This document shows positions 1 to 54,273 of a DNA stretch of 64,000 bases, piece by piece; within the stretch, counting starts at the first letter, position 1, and each line of letters starts with the position of its first letter. Under the pieces are notes generated by a model. The model was not told where the DNA came from. It saw nothing but the letters and a program-made list of their open reading frames with translations, and did not search any database. The position numbers were made by a program, and so were the translations under genes. The stretch is from assembly GCF_009914755.1 (NCBI RefSeq), contig NC_060927.1. One strand, given 5' to 3'. The stretch is from the human T2T-CHM13v2.0 reference genome, Homo sapiens.

Positions 1-779
1 AGAGGATCTGGGGGTCATGTTGAGAACTTAGCATCTGGTGGGAAAGGGGTCCAAGCAGTGTGTTTATATCTCCTGAGCTCTCTAGGACCCCTGGGGCACA
101 GCAGGTCAGTCAGGTGCTTTGGAGCTAGAGGACCCCAAGTTCATCTCTGAGAGCTACAAGGCATTTTCTATATTTGGGTGTCTGGGGTGGCTCTTAGTCT
201 CTCGTAGGAACTTGGTCACTCATTTCTACATCTCAGGATGTTCACAAAGTCCTTGCCTCTATCTCGTTTAAACCCCAAGTGAGGTAAGTGAAGTCTGCAT
301 GTGAATTTTCTAGGAGTATAGGACAATTAATCATGTTATGATTCCACTTCTCAAATAGACTTCAGTACTTTCCTTCAGCATGTTTCTCAGGCTTAAATCA
401 TGATTCCTTCAACCTGTTTTCCATCACTTGCATGGCGTAAGTCCTCCAGATTCCTCTTACGTTGTTTATGTCTTTCTAATTGAAAGCACTTTAGTCATCT
501 GAAGAGGTAGAATTGTTTACATTGATGAACTGGTGACATCGTTCTTAGTTGTTTAGATATTCAGAACATGCCTTTTTTTTTCTCCTTTTTCCAAGCAATC
601 TTTGGTTTGTTGACATGTGCCACCCAGAGTGGCTGTGATCTCTAGACGGTAGACTTAGTGTGTACTCCCACCAGTAAGTACATACCCAGTCCAGAAGGAG
701 CTCAGATTCCTAAAAATGGAAATTATACCCGCTTCCCTTGGGATTTAATTATACTGAGGGTGGCCAGTGTACAGAGTAG

Positions 780-1020
780 CTGTGGTGGGTGCACAGGTCG
801 GCATGGCTGTTCAGCTCACTCGGCTATGGAGGCAACCCACCTGTGTGGGAATCCAGGCTCCACCGCCTACTCAGGCATGTCACTGAACTCTCAACTAAGT
901 CTCAGTTTCCTCAGCTGTGAAATGAAGGTCTGGTAATTAATACTTATCTTTCAGTGGTTGAGCATTAAATGAGACCATGTGTGTAAAACGTAGCACCTGG
1001 TACATAGTAAGCTTTCCGTG
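780..1020 (+). mobile_element. MIR SINE remnant
   Basis: MIR core-like text ctcagtttcctcagctgtgaaatg...ttgagcattaaatgaga...cctggtacatagtaag. Confidence 0.6.
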
Positions 1021-2161
1021 TATTGCACCACCAAAATTTTATGGCCAGGATATTAGGAGGCCTCTAGATTGAACTGGAAGGGGAAAATAGCTCTTGTTCC
1101 AATTGAATATTTGGCTCACTCACTCAACAATCATTTACTTATTTATGATAATTATATCGCACAGAATTGGACCCCTAAAAAAGTATGTTCACATGTCCCA
1201 TTTATTACTCAAAACAGTCTTTGAGTCAGCTATTATCGCCATGTTAGAGATTAATAAACTGGGGCTTTAGAAGTAAAAGCACCTGTCCAAAGTCCCTCAG
1301 CCAGTAAGAGGAGGAACCAGAATGTGGAGCTGGGTTTTCGGACTCAGAGGTCTAAGAAAGTACCATAGCCTTTGTCAAGGGTCACAAATTCAGGTGCATC
1401 CAAAGGTCGGGTAGCTATGGAGTGGGCTGAGTATGGAGTGGGCAGGGTGAGGAGCTGCTGAGCGCATGCCTCATGTGCAGGGGCTGGCTCCCACACAGCT
1501 CCAGGCCATTGAACCCCCAAATTTGGATTTGTATATGGCATCTTCCATGTTTTCAAGGTTGGCAACTAATTCATATTGTTTTAAACACCATGTGGGCCAT
1601 GCAGTGCTCATCTTTGGGCTAGTTTCAGGCATGGGCCATTGGTTCACAACCTTTGGTCTCTAAAATGTGCAGGGCTGTCCTAGGCAGCATGGGGGACCCT
1701 TGAGGGCAGAAAACATTTCAAGGGCCTGGCTTGGTTGGAGGTTCATCCAGAGCTTGACACAAAAGTACCAGAACCTGGGTCCTTTTCCACTTGGCCCTCT
1801 GAGTCCCCAGGCCCCTTGCATGAGAGCCCCCATGCCTAAAGAAAGCAACCTCAGTTCACCAGGCAGGACGCTGGCAGGGCTTTCTAGCAGCCTCCATGCC
1901 AGGGCACAAGGGAGCTGTGGAGAAGCTCTCATGGCTCTTACTTTTTCTGCCTTATCTAGTGCTAGGCTTAGGGCCGGTGCCCATAGGTCACTTCTGAAAG
2001 CTGGCTGAATTAGAGCATGACCACAAGGTGTCCTGGGACCCAACTCTGCCCCTCACAGATATGAGCACAGTGGCAGCTCTCAGGTTCATGCACCTCCTTA
2101 GAGCAGTGCCACCAGGATGCAATAATAACCACCATGCACTGCCTCTTGGTTCTCTTGACAG

Positions 2162-2167
2162 TTTTAA
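2162..2167 (+). CDS. ARPC4: ARPC4 (Arp2/3 p20 subunit) terminal coding exon, encoding only Phe + stop
   Basis: Polypyrimidine acceptor ttctcttgacag followed by TTT TAA. ARPC4 is known to end ...KNF* and to lie just upstream of TTLL3. Upstream exons are outside the window. Confidence 0.8.
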   Translation, partial: F

Positions 2168-3040
2168 ACCATCTGGCTGGATCTCGTGGCCTTCCCCCTC
2201 AGACTACCCATGTCTCCACGAAGGCGTCCTGGAGTCACTCCCCGAGCAGCGCGGCGGCGGCAGGGAGTTGGGTTGGGGTGGGCATTTGATGCGGGAGGTG
2301 GGTGGTGTGCTTGCTAGCTGGGCAAGAAAGCAGCAGTGGACCTGCCCCAAGGCCACACGTGCCTGGTCAGGCTGGCTTCTGATGTTCAGTCCCCTGGGCC
2401 GGGACAGATTTTTTTTAACGTCTTGAAACTTAAACTCTGTGCTTGTAGGATACTGTAACCTTTTTGTCTTTTTTTTTTTTTTTTTTTTTAAACCTCCACC
2501 TCCAGTGGCTGTGACTGGTCCCAGTGATTATACGTTATTGGTTGCTGTGGGTCTGGGCGGGCCTGGAGCCAGAAGGCGACTTATTTTTTCTCTCCTATGC
2601 CACCCCAGGTGGGGAGGGAGGGAGGTTTCAGACTCCAGTTTCTCCCTTGCCCTTTTATTCCCAAGCCTCCTTGGCCCCAGTATAAGTGTTGGGAACTCTC
2701 TGCCAGCTTCCTGAGTTCTGCCTAAAGATGGCCCCCCAGCACTGGTTGGGGACAAGGGCCAAATTGGTGACCACCAGTCATGCCTAGGACCTGGGGCCCA
2801 AAAGCCGGGCAACCTCTGGCTACAGGGGCCATTGGGTGCCCTCCCAGTTGAGAGGGGCCGCTGTTTCGCCTTGTCCGTCAGTGCCAGTGCCTGTGCCAGA
2901 GGTGGCGAGGTGAGTCCTCCAGAGCTTCCTGGCCGGGCCCTCCTCCTGCCTGTTCTGGCTCCTCTGCTCCCACGCTAGCTGTCCCTTTTCTGATTCTGGT
3001 GGATCCTCCCTCCCCTAATTAAAGTCTCTTTTTGCCCCTT
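2168..3040 (+). other. ARPC4: ARPC4 3'UTR with ATTAAA poly(A) signal at 3018-3023
   Basis: Follows the stop codon. ATTAAA is followed by U-rich and GU-rich downstream sequence. The 3' end is approximate. Confidence 0.7.
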
Positions 3041-3429
3041 TGGGGCTGCATGAGGTCTATGCTGTGTGTGTGTGTGAAAGGAGGGGAGGTGGGGCTTCTT
3101 TTCCCTGAGACCAGATGGCTGGTAATTGTGCCTGGAGCTCCCCACTGGGTGCAGTCTCATGATTGGTCCTGCCATTATTCCTGCCAGGGGTCCCAACCCA
3201 GAGACTCCATTCATTGCAGTCCAGGCACCATTAATTTCTGAAACTGCTCTGTCTGCCTATACAGAGCTTTGGTGCTTTTCACATAAGGAACTTACTTGGG
3301 CTAAAAAGTAACCTCAGAGAAACAGTGCTCCCATTTGGTGGATAAGGAAACTGAGGTTCCAAACATGAGATGTAATAGCTTGCCCCAAATCTAGCCAGTG
3401 AGCAAGAGAGTAGACTTTTGCCTGTGCCA

Positions 3430-3635
3430 AAACAGTAATCACCATCCACAAGTGGCTATTTAAATTTTAATTATTACAATTAAATAAAGTTTAAAATCCA
3501 GTTCCCCAGTCCCACTGGCAACTTAACAGCTACCAGTGACTGTACCATATATAACAGCATATATAGACATACAGCATATACAACACATACATAGAGATTC
3601 CCATCATTGCAGAAAGTTCCATTGGATAGTACTAG
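3430..3635. mobile_element. MER3/MER33-like hAT-Charlie DNA transposon fragment
   Basis: ccacaagtggctatttaaattttaatta...ccatcattgcagaaagttccattggatagtact resembles the MER3 consensus. Confidence 0.55.
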
Positions 3636-4154
3636 ACCTTAGTAACACCTTGAAGTAAAAAGACAAAAGACCCTTGTGTTTGAGTCCTGATTCTTCTTGC
3701 CAGATTTGGCTAAGTTACTTCTATTTTGTGTCTCAGTTTCTTAGTCTATGAAGTGGAGATAATGAATATAAACAATCTGATACGGTCGCTGCTACACAGG
3801 TACTGACTGAACTATATTTTTTCCACCAGCCCAGTGGCTGGGCTTTTGAATAATTTCCAGTGTTCATGATGTTTATCCTTGCCTTGAGGCTTGGAGGTCC
3901 AGGAAAAGGGCTGGGTGTGTAAAAGGTTCACTGAAGTGTTTCATATTTAATATTGGAAGTCTGGGGGCCAAGGGGTAAATATAGGAGTGGGTGTCAGGGT
4001 AAGCTTCAAGAAGGGTGAACCTTTGAGCTGAGCTTTCAAAAGGGATTCCTCCAGATGGCCAGAGGGGTTTCTTCTGATGGGGTGGACAAGGTGATGTTAA
4101 AGGGAGGAGGGGGTAAGGGCAACTTGGAACAGCTATTGCCCCCCTCCTCCCCCC

Positions 4155-4420
4155 CCTTTTTTTTTTTTCATTTTTGAGACAGGGTCTCGCTTTGTTACCC
4201 AGGCTGGAGTGCAGTGGCGCAAGCATGGCTCACTGCAGCCTCAGCTTCCCCAGGCTCAAGTGATTCTCCCACCTCAGCTTCCTGAGTAGCTGGGACCACA
4301 GGCCTGTGCCACCACGCCCAGCTAATTTTTTTGTTTTTGGTTTTTGTTTTTTTTTAGGTCTCACTATGTTGCCTCGGCTGCCTTGGGTGATCCCCCCGCC
4401 TCAGCCTCCCAAAGTGCTAT
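4155..4420 (-). mobile_element. AluJ-like SINE
   Basis: Poly-T followed by gagacagggtctcgct...cctcccaaagtgct. Confidence 0.85.
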
Positions 4421-5911
4421 CATCTCCTTTATGACATTACCTCTGTGACCTACCTCGCCACCCCTCTGAATTAGGTGTTCCCTCCTCCAGGGCACATGGC
4501 TATGTTCTAGCTTTGCAGTGAATGTTAAAGGTGCTCACAGTGAAACTGGGTGACTAATAGGATATAGCAGCTGGTCACTCAACAACCCTCACAGGACAGC
4601 ATTGCCTGGGTGAGCCAGCCACAAACCTCATTTGTCATGTATCTCTCTCCCAGGGTCCAAATTCCCTAAATCACCTTTCCTGGGGGGCATGCTTTTCGGG
4701 AAGTCCAGCCATCAGCTAAAGGGGAGTTGGGGTCAGCTGGACAGGAAGGTGGGGGATCCACCTTCACTCTTAAGAGCACATCTACCCAGTGACTGACAAA
4801 GCTGGGCTCTTACCAGGACACTCTTCGACTCTGCCTGCGGGGGCACTGCTAGAGTTTGCCTCTCAAACTGTCCCTGTGTGGTCCTTCTGTGACTGGCAGG
4901 CAACCTGAGTGATAACAGGTGTTTAAGAGACAGGCTTTGGAGTCAGACCTGGGTTCCAGTGCTGCCTCTGCTCTGTGATTTGAGGCAAATTGTTTAACAT
5001 CTTGGAGCCTTACCTCCCCTGTGACTTTTGAGGATAATATTTTGCCAGTGCTTCCAAAAAGGTTGCTTACAGTCTTAGCCTGGGGGCCAGGCATAACTGT
5101 TGTGAACTATTACATTTCTTTCGCAGTTGACTCAAATGATTGTTTTTCCATTTCCAGTTTCTGGGGAGGGTGTGCTCTGCACCTTCTTGTTACCCCCATA
5201 TGCTGCCCTCGCTAAGGACCTTACCCTAGGCCCATCTGCCAGGCCCAGCAGGTCTGATCTGGCCTCACCAGGCTCCAGCCACCCTGGCTGTCTTGTAGTT
5301 CGCACAGAGGTTCTTACCCTTCTCAGGGCTGTTGCTGGGACTGTCCCTTCCCTGAAGTGCAGTTCCTCCCCTTTCCCTGGTGACTCCTGACTCCTGGCAT
5401 TTACACCTTCAGCTTAAATGCGCCACTTTATCTAAAATGCGCCCCCTTCCTGGTTTCACCTCTGCTTGTTCATTGCCCTTATTATACCTGTAAACTATTC
5501 TCTTCCTTTGTTACTTGCTTTTTATTCCCCTCACACTGGGCTTTTAGTAAGCTCCATGAGGTCAGGGGCCATTTGTTAGCGCCTATAAATACTGTGGAAT
5601 CACTCAAACCCTAGGGCCGGTGGCACCAGGAAGTACTGGATAAGGAACCGCAACACTAACTAACTGGGGCTCAGTGCTCTCTTCCGCCTTCAGTGCCCTG
5701 CTCATCAAGGGTCTGGGTGAGGCCCCAGGTCATAAGGAAGCCCTCGCTCGACTGCCCCGGGGCCCATCGCAGCCCCCAACCAGCCCCGAGCGGTCTGATG
5801 GTGCCCAGGGAATGGTTTCCAAGGCAATAGCAAACGGGGCGGGGCTTGGAACGGAGGACAAGGCTCGAGCCTAGGCAGGAACTTCCCGGGAGAGGAGGCG
5901 GCGACGCGGAG

Positions 5912-5969
5912 GGGCGCGGGATCAGGGGCCCTGGGAGGGCGGGCGCGGGATCAGGGGCCCTGGGAGGGC
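5912..5969 (+). repeat. 2 x 29-bp direct tandem repeat gggcgcgggatcaggggccctgggagggc
   Basis: Two identical copies at 5912-5940 and 5941-5969. Confidence 0.9.
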
Positions 5970-5987
5970 GAGCGCGGCGAGGGGCGC

Positions 5988-31490
<25,503 letters not shown>

Positions 31491-31942
31491 GGCCATCAGC
31501 AGCTCCTCCGTGCAGCGAGGCCCAGAATTCCCACCTAAGGACAGACATGGGGCTTCCTATTTAGGGACTCCCCCAGCATCTCCGATCCAGGGGTGGGGAG
31601 CGTGAGCCTTCACTTTACAGATGAAGAAACTGAGTCTGAAAGAGGAGGCATGGCTTACCCAAGATCACGTGGCAGTGAGTCGACGCAGGGACATATTGCC
31701 AGAACTGCCGAGCACTGGGAGCCCCCCAACCCCAGAGAACAAGCCAAGCTAGCAGAATGACACCTACCAGGCATAGGAACGTTAATGCCATGAGACAGGG
31801 GAAGGAATTGGCCTTGCCTAAACCTCAGCCCTTCTGCAGAGGGCATGGGTCTATCCCTTCTTCAGCAAGGGGCCAAGGTCACCTAAAAATGAAACATCCA
31901 ATAAGCCACACCCACCTGAAGAAAAGTGTGGCACTGCTTAGT

Positions 31943-32415
31943 TGTAGTGGGTTGAACTGTGGTCCCCTGAAAAGAGATGTCTACTTGGACCCTGTGAATG
32001 TGACCTTATGTGGGAAAAGAGTCTTTGTAGCTGGGTATGGTGGCTCACACCTGTTATCCCAGCACTTTGAGAGGCCAAGGCAGGAGATCGCTTGAGCCCG
32101 CAAGTTCAAGACCAGTCTGGGCAACATGGTGAAACCGTTTCTACAGAAAATTAGCTGGGTGTGGTGGCACACACCTGTAGTCCTAGCTACTCGGGAGGCC
32201 TAGGTGGGAGGATTACCTGAGCCTGGGAAGATCAAAACTGTGGTGAGCTGTGATCACGCCACTGCGCTCTGAGCCTGGGAGACAGAGTGAAACCCTAAAT
32301 CAAAAAAAAAAAAAAAGGTCTTTGCAGATGTAAATAAATTTAAGATCTTAAATGAGATAATCCCAATGACCAGTGTGGTGCTTACATTCAATGGCAAGTG
32401 TCTTCATAAGAAAGG
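31943..32415 (+). mobile_element. MLT1-type MaLR LTR fragment interrupted by an Alu (32030-32315); contains AATAAA at 32333-32338
   Basis: tgtagtgggttgaactgtggtcccc...tgtgaatgtgaccttat...ggtctttgcagatgta. Confidence 0.7.
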
Positions 32416-32419
32416 ATTA

Positions 32420-33841
<1,422 letters not shown>

Positions 33842-33868
33842 TCAAAACCATAACATGAGGTAGGAACT

Positions 33869-33874
33869 TTTATT
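33869..33874 (-). terminator. RPUSD3: RPUSD3 poly(A) signal AATAAA
   Basis: tttatt on the + strand, about 150 nt past the stop. Confidence 0.7.
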
Positions 33875-34022
33875 ATCACAAGTCCAGAGAGGTAAAGTTA
33901 CTTGCCCAATGCCACACAGCAAGCAAGTGGCCTGTCCAGGATGTGATCTTAGGTTTGTCTGACTGCAGAGCCCCCACCCTCACTTTCCAGTGTGTGTGAG
34001 GGGGTCAGGAACAGAGGGAGGA

Positions 34023-40021
<5,999 letters not shown>

Positions 40022-40238
40022 GTGCGTCCAGAGGGGCAGACCCGCGCTCCAGCCAGCGCGCTGATTGGTCAGCTGGAGTGTCAATCGGAATGGTGACCGG
40101 GCGGGACTCAGAGCCTGAGGAGGCGGGGCTTTTCCTCCGCCCAGGAAGGAAATGCAGAAATGCCTTCCTATGCTTTTAGGGAGAGCGCTGTAGCAGAAGA
40201 ATTTGATCTGATCAAAAAACCTGTCTTAGCAAAAAACC

Positions 40239-42980
<2,742 letters not shown>

Positions 42981-43159
42981 AGGAGGGACTTTCTTAAGAA
43001 GGTCACAAGAGGACTCAGCACCTGCCAACTCCCAAGTAGAGCCTGGGCAGGGGTGGGAGGTGTCCCCGGGGACCCCAGTGCACGAGAGCCCTGTGCCTGC
43101 ACGGCCCTCCACCAGGAGGCCAGGCCTCAGAGGCAGGCCAGCATTGGAGCCACTTACCA

Positions 43160-43510
43160 CATGAACAAATGTCTGTGTCCCCCCAAACTCATGTGTTGAC
43201 ACCTCATCCCCAAGGTGATGGCATCTGGAGGTGGCATCTTTGGGAGGTGATGGGGTCATGAGGGTGGGGCCCTTGTGGTTAGGATTAGCGCCCTTATACA
43301 AGAGGCCCCAGAGAGCTCCCTCGCCCCTTCCGCCATGTGACCACAGTGGGAAGATGGCAGGCATGACCCAGAAAGTGGGCCCTCACCAGACACCCTGTAT
43401 GCCAGCTGATCTTGGACTGCCAGCCTCCAGAACTGTGAACATTATATTGCTGTTGTTAGAGAGACCCAATTTACAGTATTTTGTCACAGCAGCCCCAACA
43501 GACTAAGACG
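43160..43510 (+). mobile_element. MaLR LTR (MLT1A/MST-like)
   Basis: tgtgtccccccaaactcatgtgttga...ccagcctccagaactgtga...gcagccccaacagactaagac. Confidence 0.75.
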
Positions 43511-43668
43511 TATGACTGCAAGCTCTGAAAATGCAGCCAACACCACATGTTGGAATCATGATATTTGGGATGTGTTGGGGTAAACCACATGCATTAGTAA
43601 AATAAACTGTTCAACACCTGTGAAAAGGAGAGAAAAAATATAAATAAATGAAATAAACTATTACTTTC

Positions 43669-44651
43669 TGAAGGGGTGGGTTGTCCCTCCACACCTGTGG
43701 GTGTTTCTTGTTAGGTGGAACGAGAGACTTGGAAAAGAAAAAGACACAGAGACAAAGTATAGAGAAAGAAATAAGGGGGCCCAGGGGACCAGCGTTCAGC
43801 ATATGGAGGATCCCGCCAGCCTCTGAGTTCCCTTAGTATTTATTGATCATTCTTGGGTGTTTCTCGGAGAGGGGGATGTGGCAGGGTCATAGGATAATAG
43901 TGGAGAGAAGGTCAGCAGATAAACACGTGAACAAAGGTCTCTGCATCATGGACAAGGTAAAGAATTAAGTGCTGTGCTTTAGATATGCATACACATAAAA
44001 CATCTCAATGCCTTACAGAGCAGTATTGTTGCCCGCATGTCCCACCTCCAGCCCTAAGGCGGTTTTCCCCTATCTCAGTAGATGGAACATACAATCGGGT
44101 TTTATACCGAGACATTCCATTGCCCAGGGGACATTCCATTGCCCAGGGACGGGCAGGAGACAGATGCCTTCCTCTTGTCTCAACTGCAAAGAGGCATGCC
44201 TTCCTCTTTTACTAATCCTCCTCAGCACAGACCCTTTACAGGTGTCGGGCTGGGGGACGGTCAGGTCTTTCCCTTCCCACGAGGCCATATTTCAGACTAT
44301 CACATGGGGAGAAACCTTGGACAATACCTGGCTTTCCCAGGCAGAGGACCCTGCGGCCTTCCGCAGTGTTTGTGTCCCTGGGTACTTGAGATTAGGGAGT
44401 GGTGATGATTCTTAACAAGCATGCTGCCTTCAAGCATCTGTTGAACAAAGCACATCTTGCACCGCCCTTAATCCATTTAACCCTGAGTGGACACAGCACA
44501 TGTTTCAGAGAGCACGGGGTTGGGGGTAAGGTTATAGATTAACAGCATCTCAAGGCAGAATAATTTTTCTTAGTACAGAGCAAAATGGAGTCTCCTATGT
44601 CTACTTATTTCTACACGACACAGTAACAATCTGATCTCTCTTTTCCCCACA
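43669..44651 (-). mobile_element. 3' LTR (LTR5) of the provirus; TATAAAA 44100-44106, AATAAA 43839-43844
   Basis: TG...CA termini; preceded on the - strand by a polypurine tract at 44652-44669. Confidence 0.95.
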
Positions 44652-44688
44652 TTTCCCCCTTTTCTTTTCGACAAAACTGCCATCATCA

Positions 44689-49498
<4,810 letters not shown>

Positions 49499-49621
49499 TG
49501 TTACCCCGGCTTCTTCCAAGCGCACAAGCTTACCGCAAGGCTGACTGTAGACGTACTCGGGATCTCTTGTGGACTTGTCCTCAATGACCACAATCGAGCG
49601 TACCTTCACCCTAGAGAAAAG

Positions 49622-49639
49622 CACCCACGTTGGGCACCA
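49622..49639 (-). promoter_or_regulatory. tRNA-Lys primer binding site TGGTGCCCAACGTGGGTG
   Basis: Lies 2 nt after the 5' LTR CA terminus. Confidence 0.88.
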
Positions 49640-49641
49640 GA

Positions 49642-50559
49642 TGAAGGGGTGGGTTGCCCCTCCACACCTGTGGGTGTTTCTTGTTAGGTGGAATGAGAGA
49701 CTTGGAAAAGAAAGAGACACAGAGACAAAGTATAGAGAAAGAAATAAGGAGGCCCAGGGGACCGGCGTTCAGCATACGGAGAATCCACCCCAGCCTCTGA
49801 GTTCCCTTAGTATTTATTGATCATTATTGGGTGTTTCTCGGAGAGGGGGATGTGGCAGGATCATCAGATAACAGTGGAGAGAAGGTCAGCAGATAAACAC
49901 GTGAACAAAGGTCTCTGCATCATAGACAAGGTAAAGAATTAAGTGCTGTGCTTTAGATATGTATACACATAAACATCTCAATGCCTTAAAGAGCAGTATT
50001 GCTGCCCGCATGTCCCACCTCCAGCCCTAAGGCGGTTTTCCCCTATCTCAGTAGATGGAATCGGGTTTTACACCGAGACATTCCATTGCCCAGGGACAAG
50101 CAGGAGACAGATGCCTTCCTCTTGTCTCAACTGCAAAGAGGCATGCCTTCCTCTTTTACTAATCCTCCTCAGCACAGACCCTTTACGGGTGTCGGGCTGG
50201 GGGACGGTCAGGTCTTTCCCTTCCCACGAGGCCATATTTCAGACTATCACATGGAGAGAAACCTTGGACAATACCTGGCTTTCCTAGACAGAGGTCCCTG
50301 TGGCCTTCCGCAGTGTTTGTGTCCCCGGGTACTTGAGATTAGGGAGTGGTGATGACTCTTAACGAGCATGCTGCCTTCAAGCATCTGTTGAACAAAGCAC
50401 ACCCTGCACAGCCCTTAATCCATTTAACCCTGAGTTGACACAGCACGTGTCTCAGGGAGCACAGGGTTGGGGATAAGGTTACAGATTAAAATGGAGTCTC
50501 TTATGTCTACTTTCTATACAGACACATTAACAATCTGATCTCTCTTTCTTTTCCCCACA
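49642..50559 (-). mobile_element. 5' LTR (LTR5) of the provirus
   Basis: TG...CA termini; followed on the - strand by the PBS. Confidence 0.95.
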
Positions 50560-50602
50560 ACCAAGGGCCCAGCTCCTAACATGCAGGTGTCACCAGAGAG
50601 AA

Positions 50603-51983
50603 ATGCACCACTGTGCCCAGCACCATAGCTCTGGCTCAGAGAGTTTGCCTGAGAAAGCAGCAGACAGAAAACAGAAGGTGCGAGTTGCTCCCGAAGGAAC
50701 TGACTTCATGTGCAACAGAGCTCGGAGAAGTCCAAGGCTAAGCACACTCTCCAGAACAGTGGAGGTTGTGCTGAAAGGCAACTGGGAGGCGACGGAGAGC
50801 CTGGGAGGTGCGGGCTACACTGGAGGCCAGCAAGTCTGCCAGAGAGAAACAGAAAAAAAGACAGGTGGGAAGAGCTCTCCTGGGGTCAGAACAAAGCTTA
50901 ATATCTTCTTTGACAAAGAACGTAACATCAAAATAGCCAACTATGGGTTTAGTTCAACATTTGCAAAGAGAGACAACACTGAAAAGGGAACGTTTGATGG
51001 GACTCTCCCTTATGCAGGCCCAGAACTCTTCTTGGGCCATGGGTACCAATGCCCTGCCATCAACGTTTGGAGCCTTGGCATCATCGTATGCAAAATGGTG
51101 GCTGGGGCCCTGCCATTTTATGAGCAGAACTGTAAGGATATACTGAAAAAAAAAAAATTAAAATAGTATGCTACTTTTTTATTCATTTTATGGAAAAAAA
51201 TATTTAAAAATTCTTCACACTCAACCCCAGGGAGCAGCTCCCACTGGACCAGCTGTTGAGGAACTCCTGGGTCAATAGTGACCAGAAGACATGATTCAAG
51301 CCATACAGAGAGCCACTCCTGGACTACCCAGGCCCCCCAACAACCCAGCTCATAGTGGCCATGGGATTCTAGGAAGAACATATCGAGGAAGTGATATTAA
51401 AAAAATATATGATCATCCCATGGCCACCTACCTAATCATGGAGTTCAGAAAAGTGCAGAGGAGAAAGGGCTCCAACATCGGAGCACAATCCCTCCCTCCC
51501 GGGGATCCCATCTGTCCTTCCCCATCTGCCACAGTTAAGTCAACCTTCCCTGTCCAACCCAGAAGAGGACTCAAAACCAGCCGACCTTTCCCACTTTCTA
51601 ATTCACAGAAGCATGAACACCATCCTGGGAGTTAGGGCAGAACCCTACTTGGCCTGGAGATGAAGCCAGCCATTCCCAGCAAAGCCCCCCAGCATAAGTC
51701 TGTGGCTTCACCCTCCCCAGAGCACCAGCAGCCATGGGGAAAACCTGAAGGATCCTTGTCTCTGGGAACCCACTGGGAAGTCGGCTCGCTCCATGTGGAA
51801 GACCCAGAAGAGGTGGCTTGGTCTGAGGGAACCCCCGGGAAGCTGGATGGTATAACCTCAATCTCTGTGACTAAAAGGAGCCATGGCTACCATGGGCAAA
51901 AGATGTTTCAGTTTCATGCTGCAATTATGTTGTTTCTGACTAGCACAAAAAAGTCAAAGGGAGAAATAAGGCAGCACCAGTGA
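50603..51983 (+). pseudogene. Intronless MARK/SMOK-like Ser/Thr kinase pseudogene with a UBA remnant
   Basis: GNWEATESLGGAGY (subdomain I-like); NIFFDKERNIKIANYGF; GTLPYAGPELF; NVWSLGII...GALPF; downstream VAMGF...YDHPMATYLIM (UBA); frameshifts and stops. Confidence 0.85.
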
Positions 51984-52099
51984 ACCCAATGGACAGCTGG
52001 GCCCAGACAAAAACCAAGTGGGTGGGGCAGTCAAGCTACACTTCCTGTGTTTTATTACATTTATTATGTTCTTCTTAATATTATTTTAATTGGCAAATC

Positions 52100-52470
52100 A
52101 TGCTTGTATTCATTTATAAGATACAGTGCGGGGATTAGATAGATGTGTGCACCATGGAATGACAAAATCACACTACATAGTATCTGCATCACCTCAGAAA
52201 GACACATTCCACGTGATGTCCCTGAAGTGTCCATCTAAAAAAGTTGACCTCATAGAAATAGCGAGTGGGTCGATGGTGAACGATGGCTGGGAGTGGTGTG
52301 TGGAGGGGTGGCAGAGGGAAGAAATGGGGGCTTGTCGGTCAAAAAACCACAGTCTCAGTTGGAAAGGAGGAAGAGGTTTTGACATCTAGTGCACAGCAGG
52401 GTGACCAGAGTCAATGAGAATGTGTTGCATATGGCAAAACACCTGAGAGGGTCCATGTCGAATCCTGGCA
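52100..52470 (+). mobile_element. L1M(A)-like 3' end fragment
   Basis: aaaagttgacctcatagaaatagcgagt...gcacagcagggtgaccagagtcaatg. Confidence 0.6.
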
Positions 52471-53198
52471 TTCAGAATGGAGAAAATAAAGGCCCTGAGG
52501 TTCAAGAACATTAAAAACCTTGTGACAGGTTGACCACGTGTAGACTTCAACGGCTGTGGGTGAGAACTGGGCAAGATGCCGATGCTGCCATTTGCCCAGC
52601 ACATCTGGCCCAGAGGCATTCAGCAGAGGACGCAGATGTCCAAGCTGCTACCAGGGTCAGTGGAACAGGATTCAAAAGTCAAGAGGGCATCTGGCAACCC
52701 TGTGGCCTCCAAAGGCCTATCAAAAGCTATAGGTGAGCTGAAGGGCAGCCTAGAGACTCCTGGAGACCAGAGGGCCCCTCCACCCCACCTGGCCCGGAGC
52801 ACCATCTCTTCCTCCTGTCTGTCCCCTGCTTCCTCTGTCCTGCCATCTCCCCCTTCCTCCACCCTCAGCTCCCTGCAGTCCTCTCTCCACCTTTCCAAGG
52901 TAGATGCAGCTTGCTGCTCTGCTGTCCTGAGTCCGCACTAAGACTGTGGTTTCTGGTCCCTGCTGACCTCTGGGACTTGATTTCCCTGGCCTTTTGCCCC
53001 ACCTCCTTTCTGTTTGTCCCAGCCCCACCCCCAACTCCCTCTCCCCCAGCTCCTCCTCTGCTATTCCTAATCCCCTCATCCTGATTGCTTTTTTGCTACA
53101 TTTTCTCTAGCTAAATCATCTTTTATTTACTTGCTAATAATCTATCCATGGGTCCCCTGGAAGTCTGTCTTGTGCTACATACAATGATGAAAATCTAG

Positions 53199-54273
<1,075 letters not shown>

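Noticed and set aside
44008-44415. Similar ORFs at 44008-44415 and 49999-50352
   Set aside because: Antisense translations of the two LTRs
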